Positions 8,855-19,538 of a stretch of DNA of 64,000 nucleotides are shown piece by piece. Made by a program: the position numbers and the translations under genes. Location of the stretch: NCBI GenBank assembly GCA_964489445.1, contig CAZAYU010000005.1:68799-132798 (forward strand). Direction: 5' to 3'. Numbering within the stretch: position 1 is the stretch's first letter; the number at the start of each line of letters is the position of its first letter. This DNA comes from an uncultured Planctomycetia bacterium. Lineage in GTDB: Bacteria; Omnitrophota; Gorgyraeia; Duberdicusellales; 4484-171. Under the pieces are notes generated by a model. It saw only the letters and a program-made list of their open reading frames with translations, did not search any database and was not told where the DNA came from.

Positions 8855-10993
8855 TCATTTAAAACGAAATTTCGTCTTAAACTCTTCATCCAATTCAACC
8901 ATAGCATTAAACGGCTGCTTCTTTTTGGATGTAAACCCCTCGATCAGATCCGACCGCCCTTCTTTTATTATTTTCTTAACCTGATCAGGGTCAAGCTTTT
9001 TGCTGGCGATCGTTGACCATAAAATAAATTGGCAGCCTTCCCTGTAGCGCGAACAATAATAGGACTTTTTTCCCTCGCAAATCTGACCTTGTTTACATTG
9101 CGGGCATATGCCGAAGTTCATCTTACCGCCGACAGCACCCTTCAGGGAATGATTATTTTTGATTTCAGAGATCACTCCCTCAGCAAAAGACTTGATCTCT
9201 CCCATAAAATCGTTTTCGCTAATATTTCCATCCTTAATTTCTGTCAGCTTCTGTTCCCATTGAGCCGTCATTTCAGGACTTTTCAGATCAGGAACGACCA
9301 CGTCTATCAATTGAATACCCTTGTTTGTCGGCATCAAAGCCTTCCCTTTTCTAATGATGTACTTGGACTTAAGCAGCCTTTCGATAATTGTTGCCCGGGT
9401 GGCCTGCGTTCCAAGGCCCTGATCTTTCAACTGAGCCGCTAATGTATCGTCATCAACTTGCTTGCCGACATATCGCATGGCATTCAATAAAGTCCCGTCA
9501 GTAAACGCCTTGGCCGGTGAAGTTTCTTTTTCCTGGACTTCCAACGCGTCAATGAGCAATATTTGCCCCTGGGTGAATTGCGCGTTTAACATATCCATGA
9601 CTTCCGGGCGGACAGGATATCGGTCTAAAGCGCTGATTTTCTTCTTAGCCGCATCCGCAGCTTGCCCTGAACTCTCCGCATTATCGACAACAGCCTTTTG
9701 ATAAATATTTCGCCATCCTATTACAGCAGGACGAGCCCCTTTCAACATGAAAACCTCTTGCTCAATATGCATCGTTATCTCTGTAACATCTTCGACAAAA
9801 TCAGGATAAAAGATCGCGATAAACCGCTTTTGAACCAGCATGTACACATTTTCAAGATTTATGTCTAATCGACCCTGCAGCTTTTTCTTTGTCGGAATAA
9901 TGGCATGATGATCAGTTAGCTTCTTGTCATTGATGTAATTCTTGCCAAGCTTATGCCCCAACTCAAGATGCTTTATGGATTCTGCGGCCAGGTGTTTTAA
10001 ATTATCCGGCGCGCTACGAAGAATGTTAGACAATTCTGGACGGATATTCTCGGATAAATGCCTGGACTCGGTACGGGGATAACTGATCAATTTTTGCTTT
10101 TCGTACAAAGCCTGGGCATATTCCAAAGTTTGCTTGGCCGTGTATCCGAATTTTTCATTACATTCCTTCTGAAGAAGCGTCAGGTCGTACAACGAACGAG
10201 GGCTTGTTTTTCTTTTTGATTGCTTGATCTTAGCTATCTTCCCGTCCTTCCCTTCCAAGCTATTCTTGAGGCCTTCAGCCTTATCCTTTTTCTCTATCTT
10301 ATATCCATCCTTATCTTCCCATCTGAATAAGACATTTTTTGTTTTCGCGTAGAGTTCATAGTAATAACATTTTTCGAAACCATCAATGATCTTCTGGCGA
10401 TTCACGATCAAAGCAAGTGTCGGTGTCTGCACCCGCCCAACTGTACAAAGTTGACCGTTGCTGATCGAATACGCGCGCGTAGCATTCAGGCCAACGATCC
10501 AATCCGCAAAAGCCCTGCATTGTGCCGATTGGCCCAAATGGTCAAAGTCTTGCCCAGCATGCAAAGCGTCTAAACCGGTCTGAATACTTGCATCGGTCAA
10601 GTCTGAAATCCACAAACGCTTAAATGGTTTTTGACACTCTGAATGTTTGTATATCCATCGGAATATCAGCTCTCCTTCTCTTCCTGCATCAGTTGCGTTA
10701 ATGATTTCTTCGCAATTATGGAACAGCTTGGCAATCACCTGAAATTGTTTGTTGCCGCTCGGACTTGTAGCAAGTTGAAATATCGGTGGGATCATCGGCA
10801 GCTGGGAAAAGTTCCATTTCCCTCCCCACTGTTTGCACATGACAGAAGGCTCAACGATCGTCACTAAATGGCCAAAAGCCCACGTGACTTGGTAGCCGTT
10901 CCCTTCCAAATAACCATCTTTCTTTTGATTGGCCATGAGCACACGAGCAATATCACGCCCCACGCTGGGTTTTTCGGCTAAGATTACTTTCAT
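8855..10993 (-). CDS. topB: DNA topoisomerase III (type IA) with C-terminal zinc-ribbon
   Basis: MKVILAEKPSVGRDIA TOPRIM start, topo IA core, CPQCKQG...CSRYREGC zinc ribbon. Confidence 0.85.
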   Translation of the reverse strand: MKVILAEKPSVGRDIARVLMANQKKDGYLEGNGYQVTWAFGHLVTIVEPSVMCKQWGGKWNFSQLPMIPPIFQLATSPSGNKQFQVIAKLFHNCEEIINATDAGREGELIFRWIYKHSECQKPFKRLWISDLTDASIQTGLDALHAGQDFDHLGQSAQCRAFADWIVGLNATRAYSISNGQLCTVGRVQTPTLALIVNRQKIIDGFEKCYYYELYAKTKNVLFRWEDKDGYKIEKKDKAEGLKNSLEGKDGKIAKIKQSKRKTSPRSLYDLTLLQKECNEKFGYTAKQTLEYAQALYEKQKLISYPRTESRHLSENIRPELSNILRSAPDNLKHLAAESIKHLELGHKLGKNYINDKKLTDHHAIIPTKKKLQGRLDINLENVYMLVQKRFIAIFYPDFVEDVTEITMHIEQEVFMLKGARPAVIGWRNIYQKAVVDNAESSGQAADAAKKKISALDRYPVRPEVMDMLNAQFTQGQILLIDALEVQEKETSPAKAFTDGTLLNAMRYVGKQVDDDTLAAQLKDQGLGTQATRATIIERLLKSKYIIRKGKALMPTNKGIQLIDVVVPDLKSPEMTAQWEQKLTEIKDGNISENDFMGEIKSFAEGVISEIKNNHSLKGAVGGKMNFGICPQCKQGQICEGKKSYYCSRYREGCQFILWSTIASKKLDPDQVKKIIKEGRSDLIEGFTSKKKQPFNAMVELDEEFKTKFRFK

Positions 10994-11007
10994 TCAATAA
11001 GGCGCCA

Positions 11008-11844
11008 TTACTGCTTAATAATTCGAATAGCATCATCCTCAATAATAATGCGTTTGGATTTATACAGCGAGCCTAAAGCCATTTTGTATTTTTTCTTACT
11101 CACGCCGAATAATTTATAAATGATATCAAGCGTACTTTTATCTGTCAGATTAGATACTCCGCCTTCTTTCTTTATTTGTGCAATAATCTTCTCTTCAAGA
11201 TTATCCATTTTCTGGTATCCCTGAATCTGTAAGCTTAAATCAATTCTGTCATCTTCACGGACTTTTTTAATAAAGCCTTCTATTCTCTGGCCATATTTCA
11301 GGTCCTGGAACACTTCTTCCTTATAAAGCAATCCCCAATGCGTATTATTAATAATGGCATTGTATCCCAGCTCCGTTTGGTTACAAATCAAAAGATCAAC
11401 CTTCTCATTCTCCAGAAAAATATCATTTTTTTTATCCAAAAAAGTGTCCAACTTTGTCGACGCCGCCAAGCGGTCTCGCTCCTTATCTTTGTAGACATAA
11501 ACAACATAAGATTCACCTACTTCCATGATTTCTTTTTGTTCACGTAAAGGAACAAACAAATCTTTAGGCAGTCCCCAGTCTAAAAACGCGCCTATAGATA
11601 AAACATCAACTACCTTAAGGCAAGCAAACTCACCCGGAAGCACATACGGCTTTTGGGTTGTAGGAATAGCCCTCTCATTTGAATCGCAGTAAAGAAAGAC
11701 TTCCAATACTTCTCCAACTCGACAATTGACAGGGGCCTGATCGGCAGAAAGAAATATTGCACCGTAGTCCTCGGCGTCCAAATAAACGCCAGCCTTTGAT
11801 TCCTTTATGATTTTTAATTTATTATATTTTCCAATCTCGACCAT
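11008..11844 (-). CDS. S1-domain nucleic-acid-binding protein (CvfB/YitL-like)
   Basis: 278 aa, repeated S1-like segments and C-terminal winged-helix-like region; weak call. Confidence 0.5.
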   Translation of the reverse strand: MVEIGKYNKLKIIKESKAGVYLDAEDYGAIFLSADQAPVNCRVGEVLEVFLYCDSNERAIPTTQKPYVLPGEFACLKVVDVLSIGAFLDWGLPKDLFVPLREQKEIMEVGESYVVYVYKDKERDRLAASTKLDTFLDKKNDIFLENEKVDLLICNQTELGYNAIINNTHWGLLYKEEVFQDLKYGQRIEGFIKKVREDDRIDLSLQIQGYQKMDNLEEKIIAQIKKEGGVSNLTDKSTLDIIYKLFGVSKKKYKMALGSLYKSKRIIIEDDAIRIIKQ

Positions 11845-11872
11845 AAATAATTTCTCCTTAGGCGATGCTTGC

Positions 11873-12550
11873 TTATCGCCACAGCTGATCTATTTCTTTC
11901 CGGTACTTTAATCTGAAAAACTCAAATTCGGGTGTCAATCTATACACACCATGCGAAGCACGTTCAAACCAGCGCTGATAATTCTTATTTAAAATATCTA
12001 CTGTTTTTTCCATTTCAAGGTTTTTTCTAATCTCGTGTGTAGATGATGGCCCATGATCAAACAAATACATAGCAACGCGAATTGTCTGCTCCTTATACGC
12101 CGTGAACAGCAACTCCCTTGTGCTGCCGCCTTGATTTAAATCAATACTCCGTCCTTCGAATTCCTTTAAAGCCAATTTCTTCTTTGCATAATTCTTGCGG
12201 GCTGTAAAAGGCGCGGGTGCAAATTCCAGAACAACTTGAGTTTGCTCATGCTGATCTAAAGTTAAAAGGCCGCAATGCAGACGCTTCAATAGAGCACTCA
12301 TCCGCTTGTACGATTTTGGCCAACGCCCCCCTTTTTCCAAAGGAACGTAAGCATACACTTGGTCTGTAATTTTGAGACGCTCTATAAGTTGATAAGTCAG
12401 CTGAAGATTAAAACTCGTCTTCATCTCAACAATTAATAACTCATCCCCCTTCTGAGCCATAACATCAACACTCTCAACCTCAGAATGCACAGTATACCCC
12501 TGCGCTTGTAAAAATTTCTTAAGGGGCTTATACATCTCCACTTCTTTCAT
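11873..12550 (-). CDS. hypothetical protein (possible PD-(D/E)xK nuclease-like N-terminal region)
   Basis: 225 aa, D..ELLIVEMK motif; no firm family. Confidence 0.4.
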   Translation of the reverse strand: MKEVEMYKPLKKFLQAQGYTVHSEVESVDVMAQKGDELLIVEMKTSFNLQLTYQLIERLKITDQVYAYVPLEKGGRWPKSYKRMSALLKRLHCGLLTLDQHEQTQVVLEFAPAPFTARKNYAKKKLALKEFEGRSIDLNQGGSTRELLFTAYKEQTIRVAMYLFDHGPSSTHEIRKNLEMEKTVDILNKNYQRWFERASHGVYRLTPEFEFFRLKYRKEIDQLWR

Positions 12551-12606
12551 AACCTAATCTTTTCCTTGCAATTCTTCAGGATAAAAAATTATACAACCTA
12601 CAATTC

Positions 12607-14427
12607 TCAGGGATACTTTTTAATAATTTTCAGGAAAATGTCGCCGAACTTCTTTAATTTCCGTTCTCCCACTCCAAACACTTCGATGAATTCTTTTTTA
12701 TTCTGCGGCAATTTCTGGCACATGTCCACTAATGATTTATCAGAAAAAATAACGTACGGCGGGACACCTTTGGCATCCGCCAATTCTTTTCGCTTTTTGC
12801 ACAACATATCAAAAAGGTTATCATCGTAATTCGTCATGCGTGAAGCAGCCCGCGCCTTTGATTTGACTTTATCAGGCGGAGGCAAATAGCCGTCGAATGT
12901 TCGCTTACCGCTTAAAATTTCATAAGATCTCTGGTTTAAACTCAATACCCCATACTTGGATTCCTTATCAAGGACTCTCTGTTGAATAAATTGACGCACT
13001 AAATTCTGCCATTGTTTTGAAGACAAATCGTTTCCCGCCCCATAAATGCGACATTCATGATGGTTGTAATTCAACACTTTTTCTGATCGACTGCCGCGCA
13101 GCACATTAATAAGATGCACCGCACCGAAAACTTCTTCTGTCTCGCTAATACATTGAAAAAACTTTATTGCTTCAACTGTCAAATTAGCTGTCAACTCTGC
13201 GGGATTGACACAATTGTCACACAACTGGCAATTGGCCACGCTGTAATCCTCTCCGAAATATGTAATCAAAGGAATTCGGCGGCACTTACGACTTTCCGCA
13301 TAGCCAACCATAGCATTCAAGTGGTCTAAGGCCACGCGCTGCTGCAGCTTATCCGGCTTTTGATCAATAAAATAGCGGATCTTGGCAATATCCCCTAGGT
13401 TAAAGAATAAAAGACAATGCGCCGGAAGCCCATCACGACCGGCCCTTCCTGTTTCCTGGTAATACGATTCCACGTTTTTGGGCAAATCATAATGGATCAC
13501 AAATCGAACATTGGGTTTATTAATGCCCATGCCAAACGCAATGGTCGCCACAATGATCGGCACATCATCCCGTATGAATAATTCCTGATTTTTATTACGA
13601 ACTTTTGAAGACAGTCCCGCGTGATACGGCAAAGCCTTAAAACCGTATTCATTCAGGTCAGCAGCTAAATTATCAACTTGTTTACGGGAAAAACAATAAA
13701 TGATGCCGCTCTGATCTTTAAATTTTTCTAGGAAATCCAGCGTCTGATCAGTTGCCCGGTCTTTCGGGATAACTTCATAAAACAGATTGTCGCGGTTAAA
13801 ACTAGCGGTCAATTCCACAGGATCTTTAAGCGTTAGGTTAGTGATAATGTCGCAACGCACACGCTCGGTGGCCGTTGCCGTTACAGCTAAAAAGACAGCA
13901 TCCGAAAACTGCGAACGGATATCTTTAATGCAGCGATAACCCGGACGGAAATCATGCCCCCATTCTGAAATGCAATGGGCCTCGTCAATAGTGATACAGT
14001 CGATGTGACACTGGTCCAGCATTTCGAGAATATCCGGTTTGAATAATGTTTCCGGCGCGACAAAGAGCAATTTTACTTCCCCTGACTGAACAAGCCGTTT
14101 ATTTGCATTGTATTCATCCCATGTCAACATGCTATTGATGACTTCCGCCTCAACACCCAATTCCTTGAGCTGACTGACCTGATCCTTCATCAATGAGATC
14201 AAAGGCGAAATAACAACAGTCAATCCGGAAAAAACAAGTGCAGGTATTTGGTAGCACAAAGATTTTCCTCCTCCCGTTGGCATAATGAGCAGGGTGTCTT
14301 TCTTGTCAAGCACGGATAAAATACACTCTTCCTGCAAAGGCCGGAATGTATCATACCCAAATGTGGATTTTAAGATTTGAAATATTTTCTTATTTTTCAT
14401 AGGTGGCACGACGGTTGCATTTGTCAC
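12607..14427 (-). CDS. recQ: ATP-dependent DNA helicase RecQ
   Basis: FGYDTFRPLQEECI, MPTGGGKSLCYQIPAL, DEAH, zinc-binding and HRDC regions; start may be the internal Met (MKNKKIF). Confidence 0.9.
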   Translation of the reverse strand: MTNATVVPPMKNKKIFQILKSTFGYDTFRPLQEECILSVLDKKDTLLIMPTGGGKSLCYQIPALVFSGLTVVISPLISLMKDQVSQLKELGVEAEVINSMLTWDEYNANKRLVQSGEVKLLFVAPETLFKPDILEMLDQCHIDCITIDEAHCISEWGHDFRPGYRCIKDIRSQFSDAVFLAVTATATERVRCDIITNLTLKDPVELTASFNRDNLFYEVIPKDRATDQTLDFLEKFKDQSGIIYCFSRKQVDNLAADLNEYGFKALPYHAGLSSKVRNKNQELFIRDDVPIIVATIAFGMGINKPNVRFVIHYDLPKNVESYYQETGRAGRDGLPAHCLLFFNLGDIAKIRYFIDQKPDKLQQRVALDHLNAMVGYAESRKCRRIPLITYFGEDYSVANCQLCDNCVNPAELTANLTVEAIKFFQCISETEEVFGAVHLINVLRGSRSEKVLNYNHHECRIYGAGNDLSSKQWQNLVRQFIQQRVLDKESKYGVLSLNQRSYEILSGKRTFDGYLPPPDKVKSKARAASRMTNYDDNLFDMLCKKRKELADAKGVPPYVIFSDKSLVDMCQKLPQNKKEFIEVFGVGERKLKKFGDIFLKIIKKYP

Positions 14428-14602
14428 AAAAAAACTCCCTTTCCTTTTTACATTTCTTGGTCAGATGGGGGGGGAACCCGGAATGATTAGTTACTAGGGT
14501 ATTTCTTTTTACCTAATTTGTCAAACTCTTCGCTAGAAAAAATATTCTAGCCTCAGAGTAAAGAACAGCCAACCGACAAATGGTTTATCATCAAGTTGTT
14601 CT

Positions 14603-14857
14603 CTAGGAAATGACTTTATACACTTTATCGCTGGCGTGAAGCGGTTGGTCAACTTTTATGCCCACCTTATCCCCTTCTTTTGCTTCATCCACACTATCAA
14701 ACTCTATGCGCATCGATTCAATCACTTGAGAAAAATCCGCTTGTTTGCCTTTGATGTGAATAGTATCGCCTACTTTCAGTGCGCCGATTAAAACTATCAT
14801 TCCAACAGAAATCTTACTGAAAAAATGGTCCACGACTCCGATCTCTTGCTCTTCCAT
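14603..14857 (-). CDS. hypothetical small protein (EF-Tu domain-2-like beta-barrel), start set at internal Met with strong SD
   Basis: AAGGAGAG 5 nt upstream of ATG at 14857; MEEQEIGVVDHFF...; ORF track gives longer 98-aa version. Confidence 0.45.
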   Translation of the reverse strand: MEEQEIGVVDHFFSKISVGMIVLIGALKVGDTIHIKGKQADFSQVIESMRIEFDSVDEAKEGDKVGIKVDQPLHASDKVYKVIS

Positions 14858-14997
14858 GTCTACTCTCCTTTTTATCAGTTTACCACAAATAAACTTCACA
14901 CCTAAAGTTAGAAAATAAAAAAATAACCCAAGGCAACTTGCCTACGACAGGTTCTTTATAGCTCAAAAAGGATATATAACAAAAAAGGCGCCTTTTT

Positions 14998-15058
14998 AAC
15001 TCCCCGTATTGGACAACTTTCGCAACTGGCTATATACAGAAGAAACCGTCAAATCGAA
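14998..15058. repeat. dispersed intergenic repeat, family member R2-A (aactccccgtattggacaactttcgcaactggctatat...)
   Basis: Related copies at 30100-30160 and 31963-32050; shares AACTCCCCG core with R1 copies. Confidence 0.8.
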
Positions 15059-15061
15059 TAA

Positions 15062-15334
15062 TTATTTCAATCTATTATCCACTACAGGAACAAGGAAAGA
15101 GGTTACATAAAGGTTTCCATTGCTTCTAAGCGAATGCATTGTTCCAGCGGGAACAATAAATGCTTTGCCTACGTTTAACTCGACTTGCCCATCTTCTAAA
15201 ACTCCAAAGCCAGAACCTTCCATGCAATAGAATATTTCGTCCTGTTTATCGTGTTTATGCAGAGGCACTTTTGTCTCTGATGTGAGATGATATACTTTTG
15301 TAACGATTGATTCTTTAACAGAGTTTAAATCCAT
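15062..15334 (-). CDS. cupin-domain protein (90 aa)
   Basis: VPLHKHDKQDEIFYCMEGSG...PAGTMHS cupin motifs. Confidence 0.6.
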   Translation of the reverse strand: MDLNSVKESIVTKVYHLTSETKVPLHKHDKQDEIFYCMEGSGFGVLEDGQVELNVGKAFIVPAGTMHSLRSNGNLYVTSFLVPVVDNRLK

Positions 15335-15464
15335 ATTTTTCCTCCTTATCTACTCCTTGCTTTGTTTAGTTTTTTCTTTTGTTTGATTAGGGCAGGTCCA
15401 ACTCATATCTTTATTTTCTTATTTTTATTCTACCTTAAACAAAAACCCCCTACAACATAAATTG

Positions 15465-15509
15465 CTACAGAGGGTTAGAAAGTCAAACTCCCCGAATGGG
15501 GCTCAAACT
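15465..15509. repeat. dispersed intergenic repeat R1-A (ctacagagggttagaaagtcaaactccccgaatggggctcaaact)
   Basis: About 85% identical to 34143-34188; partial copies at 35636-35655, 34351-34374, 21958-21983. Confidence 0.85.
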
Positions 15510-15642
15510 CTACCTTTACCAAATTTTTCCCAAAATCACCTACCCAGACTCTGTGCCAAATCCCCTTTTTCCCTAAATCTTTAGTCGATATGTATCGCTT
15601 TATATCCTTCCTTTTTAATTCCTCTGCTAATCTCTCTTACCT

Positions 15643-17238
15643 TCAACTTGACCTTTTGTATTTAAGCCAAGTTACTATCCCTCCAATACCAATAAGAAGA
15701 GGTATAACAAAAAGGATAACAACCACCATTCGTTTTTGCTTGCTCGTCAAATCGAGCCGTTCGACTTTAATTTCCTTCTGATTGATAAAAATCTTATATT
15801 CTAAATCTGAAAGCCAACTAATAACGTTCAACCCCATCTGGGCATTACTATATTTCTCAATAAAACCATTCGATAAAAAGTCTGTATCAGTGAAAACAAC
15901 GATACGGGTATCAGAAGATTCATTCTCTTGCTTTGGCTCCAAAATAGCAAATGCAATGGGAACCGGCCCTGGAACATCTACACCTTTATCAAATTTAACA
16001 TTGAGAGTCCGATCCGTTTCGCCCCAGCTACTTTCGTCTGAAGCGGTTAAAACCACTGGGGCTACTTTAATTGATTTGCGTCGATTTTCTAAAATAGAAA
16101 TTGAACGAGGACGGATATAAAAAGTATAATCCAAATCTTTAATAATAGCTTGGTGCGGCGGGTAATTGCGGGTAGCCGGACACCCTACATCCTGACCAAT
16201 ATGATTAGCTAAATCTACAACAATATCATCGGCAATCTTTATCCCCCAATGGTTGAGAATGTTGTTTAAAGAAGGGTTCCTGCGCTTTTCTTCTTCTGTT
16301 AGTGGTTTATCGGGTGTAGTAATGGGGGTATTCTCAATTAAAAAGAAAGCGTCACCGCCATTCTCTAAGTACCCCTTGATAATCTCTTCCTCTTCCTCTG
16401 TTAAAGGATTTCGAGGCCCAGCCACGATAAGGACATCACAATCTTCGGGAACTTTTTCTTCTACTCCCAACATCACCGTTTTTACCTCTATATTATTGGC
16501 GATTAGTATCCGCGTTAGAATACTCAAGCCATTATCACCATCATCAGAAACATCGTATTCTCCATGTCCGATTAAAAAGTAAACAACGCGCTTATCTCTT
16601 GCCACTTGAATAATGGCATTGGTTACCTGATCTTCAGATAACGGTTCGTTGGTAAAATCAATATCCTTACGCTCACTACCAGAGAGAGCTATAACCTTTC
16701 TTTCTTTTCCGCTTATTACGCTGCCAAATTGGGCAGCATAGCCAATCTGCACGATAGGATCAATGATTTCGGCTTTAATCCTTCCTTGAGAACGCCTTTC
16801 ATATTCCTTAAACAAGTCTTCTAAATACTTTGGCGGTATTCCTACATAAAAAGCGACAATTTTAACTTCCCGTTGAAGATCTTTAATAACTGCAGAGGTA
16901 CTTTCCGATAAGGTGTGCTGTTTGGCTTTAGTTACATCCCAACGCACATTGTAACGATACGATAAATAGTTAATCCCCACGAGAAGAGCTAAAAGGAACA
17001 CAGTTACAAATACACTAAACCCATACTTCTGCCATTGAAAACCGCGCGCTGACTTTTTGGTAAATTTTCTTAACTCAAAAAGAAAAATCAAAACACAACT
17101 TATGCCAATTAAAGAAATAATAATGGTTATTTTACTGAAATGGTTTTCTACATAAGAAAAACCCAGACCATACAAAAGACAAAACATCCCCATTGCAAAT
17201 AGTAAAGACAGATTTATAAGTTTTTTCTTTAACGCCAT
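15643..17238 (-). CDS. GldG-like auxiliary component of ABC-type transport system
   Basis: 531 aa, N- and C-terminal TM anchors flanking large periplasmic domain; sits downstream of ABC ATPase and ABC-2 permease. Confidence 0.5.
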   Translation of the reverse strand: MALKKKLINLSLLFAMGMFCLLYGLGFSYVENHFSKITIIISLIGISCVLIFLFELRKFTKKSARGFQWQKYGFSVFVTVFLLALLVGINYLSYRYNVRWDVTKAKQHTLSESTSAVIKDLQREVKIVAFYVGIPPKYLEDLFKEYERRSQGRIKAEIIDPIVQIGYAAQFGSVISGKERKVIALSGSERKDIDFTNEPLSEDQVTNAIIQVARDKRVVYFLIGHGEYDVSDDGDNGLSILTRILIANNIEVKTVMLGVEEKVPEDCDVLIVAGPRNPLTEEEEEIIKGYLENGGDAFFLIENTPITTPDKPLTEEEKRRNPSLNNILNHWGIKIADDIVVDLANHIGQDVGCPATRNYPPHQAIIKDLDYTFYIRPRSISILENRRKSIKVAPVVLTASDESSWGETDRTLNVKFDKGVDVPGPVPIAFAILEPKQENESSDTRIVVFTDTDFLSNGFIEKYSNAQMGLNVISWLSDLEYKIFINQKEIKVERLDLTSKQKRMVVVILFVIPLLIGIGGIVTWLKYKRSS

Positions 17239-17939
17239 AATCGGTTCTCAATGCTAAGCCTTGTGAATAAGATACAAATAAAAATACCGCTCAAGTAATA
17301 CACCAGATCCGCCGTAGTGATCAGTCCCATGCTAAAATTTTCGGCATGACTCCAAGTGCCGATGTATCGAATCAAGGTTTCTGCGTGGCCGCTGAAATAC
17401 TTGATAAAGCTTATTGAGAAATATAATAGGAATAAGATTACATAAGAGCTTATCGCGGAGATAATTTGATTCTTTGTCAATGAAGAAGCCAGTATGCCAA
17501 TGGCAATGAATAAAGCACCCTCCAACCAAACACCTAGATACCCTATTAGCACCACCATTAGTTCTGGTTGACCAAAAAATTCGAGAATAAAATAATAGCT
17601 CGTTGTTAATCCAATAATGAGCGAGAAAAATATGAGACTGCCCAAATATTTGCCAAGAACAATTTCAGTGTTTGTCGTCGGAGTAGTCATTAAAAATTCC
17701 ATGGTGCCGGAGGATTTCTCCTCAGCGAATGTTTTCATAGTTAAAAGCGGTACAATGAAAATAAACAAAAATTCCATGACTTTAAATACATCGCGCAGAC
17801 TAGCCTCTCGGCCTTGGTCAATTATCAAAAAAAAGAATATATTAAAAACCGAAATAGTAAGAATCAAAACAATATAAGCAATAGGGGATTTAAAATAAGC
17901 TTTTAATTCTTTTGCGGCAATAGCAAATATTTTACTCAT
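17229..17939 (-). CDS. ABC-2 type transporter permease (GldF-like)
   Basis: 236 aa, six hydrophobic segments; overlaps flanking genes by 4-10 nt. Confidence 0.6.
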   Translation of the reverse strand: MSKIFAIAAKELKAYFKSPIAYIVLILTISVFNIFFFLIIDQGREASLRDVFKVMEFLFIFIVPLLTMKTFAEEKSSGTMEFLMTTPTTNTEIVLGKYLGSLIFFSLIIGLTTSYYFILEFFGQPELMVVLIGYLGVWLEGALFIAIGILASSLTKNQIISAISSYVILFLLYFSISFIKYFSGHAETLIRYIGTWSHAENFSMGLITTADLVYYLSGIFICILFTRLSIENRLWR

Positions 17940-18664
17940 AGCGGTTGACTCTCCTTGGCAGAATGTAATCTTAAAAATACATCTTCAAGATTTGTCCCGG
18001 GCTGTTTTAAAAGGATTCCCAAAGTTTCGTCAACGACAATTTCACCGGATTTAATTATTAAAACCCTTTGAGCGATCTGCTGAATCTCAGAAAGAATATG
18101 TGTGCTTAGGATCACCGTTCTTTCATATTCTAAACTTTTAATAAGATTACGCACTTGAATAATCTGAACCGGATCTAGACCAATGGTCGGTTCATCCAAT
18201 ATTAGAACCTGGGGATCATTAATTATGGCTTGAGCGATACCCACTCTTTGTTTATACCCTCGTGAAAGGGTGTCGATGGTTTCACTTTGAACACTTTGGA
18301 GACTGCACGATTCTATTGATTTATCTATTTGAACACGCTGCCGTTTAGCCGGAACACTTTTTAGCTGGGCGGCAAACTTAAGGTACTCCCTTACAGTCAT
18401 ATTAGTATAAAGCGGTGGTGTTTCAGGCAAGTATCCTATTTTTTTACGAATGGTCAAAGAGTTCTTGTCTACTTCTTGTCCGGCAATGATAACCTTGCCA
18501 GATGTGGCAGGAAGGTACGAAGTCAAAATGCGCATAATCGTAGTTTTTCCGGCACCGTTCTGGCCTAAAAACCCAACAATTTCTCCTTTGTTAATTTCAA
18601 ATGAGACATCCTTTAGGGCCTGAACTCTACCGAAATATTTTGTAACCTGTTCGACGACAATCAT
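17936..18664 (-). CDS. ABC transporter ATP-binding protein (GldA-like)
   Basis: GQNGAGKTT Walker A, LSRGYKQRV signature, ILDEPT Walker B. Confidence 0.85.
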   Translation of the reverse strand: MIVVEQVTKYFGRVQALKDVSFEINKGEIVGFLGQNGAGKTTIMRILTSYLPATSGKVIIAGQEVDKNSLTIRKKIGYLPETPPLYTNMTVREYLKFAAQLKSVPAKRQRVQIDKSIESCSLQSVQSETIDTLSRGYKQRVGIAQAIINDPQVLILDEPTIGLDPVQIIQVRNLIKSLEYERTVILSTHILSEIQQIAQRVLIIKSGEIVVDETLGILLKQPGTNLEDVFLRLHSAKESQPL

Positions 18665-18836
18665 AGTTTAGCTCTCTACTCGCTTTTGGATCTTTATACC
18701 GAAATTAATAATCCCATTTGTTGTCTTTGCCTATGTAGACTTCTTGTATACTAATAACTATATTTATAGTATCTCTTTCGGCAAATTTGGCAAGCTGAAA
18801 ATATTCTCCAATCCATAATTACTCCTTATTTTTCAG

Positions 18837-19523
18837 TTACTTTATAACACCGCTGATTAAATATATCCAAATATAATAAATGCCAACAAGAACAAAAATC
18901 GCTCCTGTAATCTTTCTCGTCCACATTTCAAGTTTTGCAGTCTTATGAAACCATTTAGAAAATGACTTCACCCCAAACATAATACCTATCGCAAATACAG
19001 CAACAGGTATTCCAGTGCCTATCCCGTAAATAAATGGATGGATTATTCCTATCTTACTATTTAGGGCAAGAGGAATTAAACTCCCAAAAAACAATGCAGC
19101 TGCAATCGGACAAAAAGATAAAGCAAAAATCATCCCTAAAAGAAAAGCACCGCCAATTCCTGAATCAGCTAATTTATTTTGTTTTTCTTGCGATACTAAC
19201 AACGAAAAAGAATTAAATTTTATGATATCAAAAAGAAATAACCCGACAAGAACGAGAATCGGGCCAATAATTTTATTCATATATGATTGCAAAAAACTTG
19301 CAACCGACGGCACACTCACAAGAGAAGCAATGATAATAGACCCAATAACAACATAAGTCACCATCCTGCCTAAAATGTATGCCAAGCTTGAGAACAAAAC
19401 AGCTTTAGGATGATTAACTTTTTTTGAAAGAAAAGATACTGCCGCAATATTAGTAGCTAACGGGCAAGGACTAATAGATGTAAGTATGCCAAACCATAAA
19501 GCCGAAAATAATTCAATCATCAT
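18837..19523 (-). CDS. ccdA: CcdA/DsbD-family transmembrane thiol-disulfide electron transporter
   Basis: ISPCPL motif with conserved Cys pair in TM1, second Cys in SFCP; 228 aa polytopic. Confidence 0.75.
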   Translation of the reverse strand: MMIELFSALWFGILTSISPCPLATNIAAVSFLSKKVNHPKAVLFSSLAYILGRMVTYVVIGSIIIASLVSVPSVASFLQSYMNKIIGPILVLVGLFLFDIIKFNSFSLLVSQEKQNKLADSGIGGAFLLGMIFALSFCPIAAALFFGSLIPLALNSKIGIIHPFIYGIGTGIPVAVFAIGIMFGVKSFSKWFHKTAKLEMWTRKITGAIFVLVGIYYIWIYLISGVIK

Positions 19524-19538
19524 ATTATCCTGCCTCCA

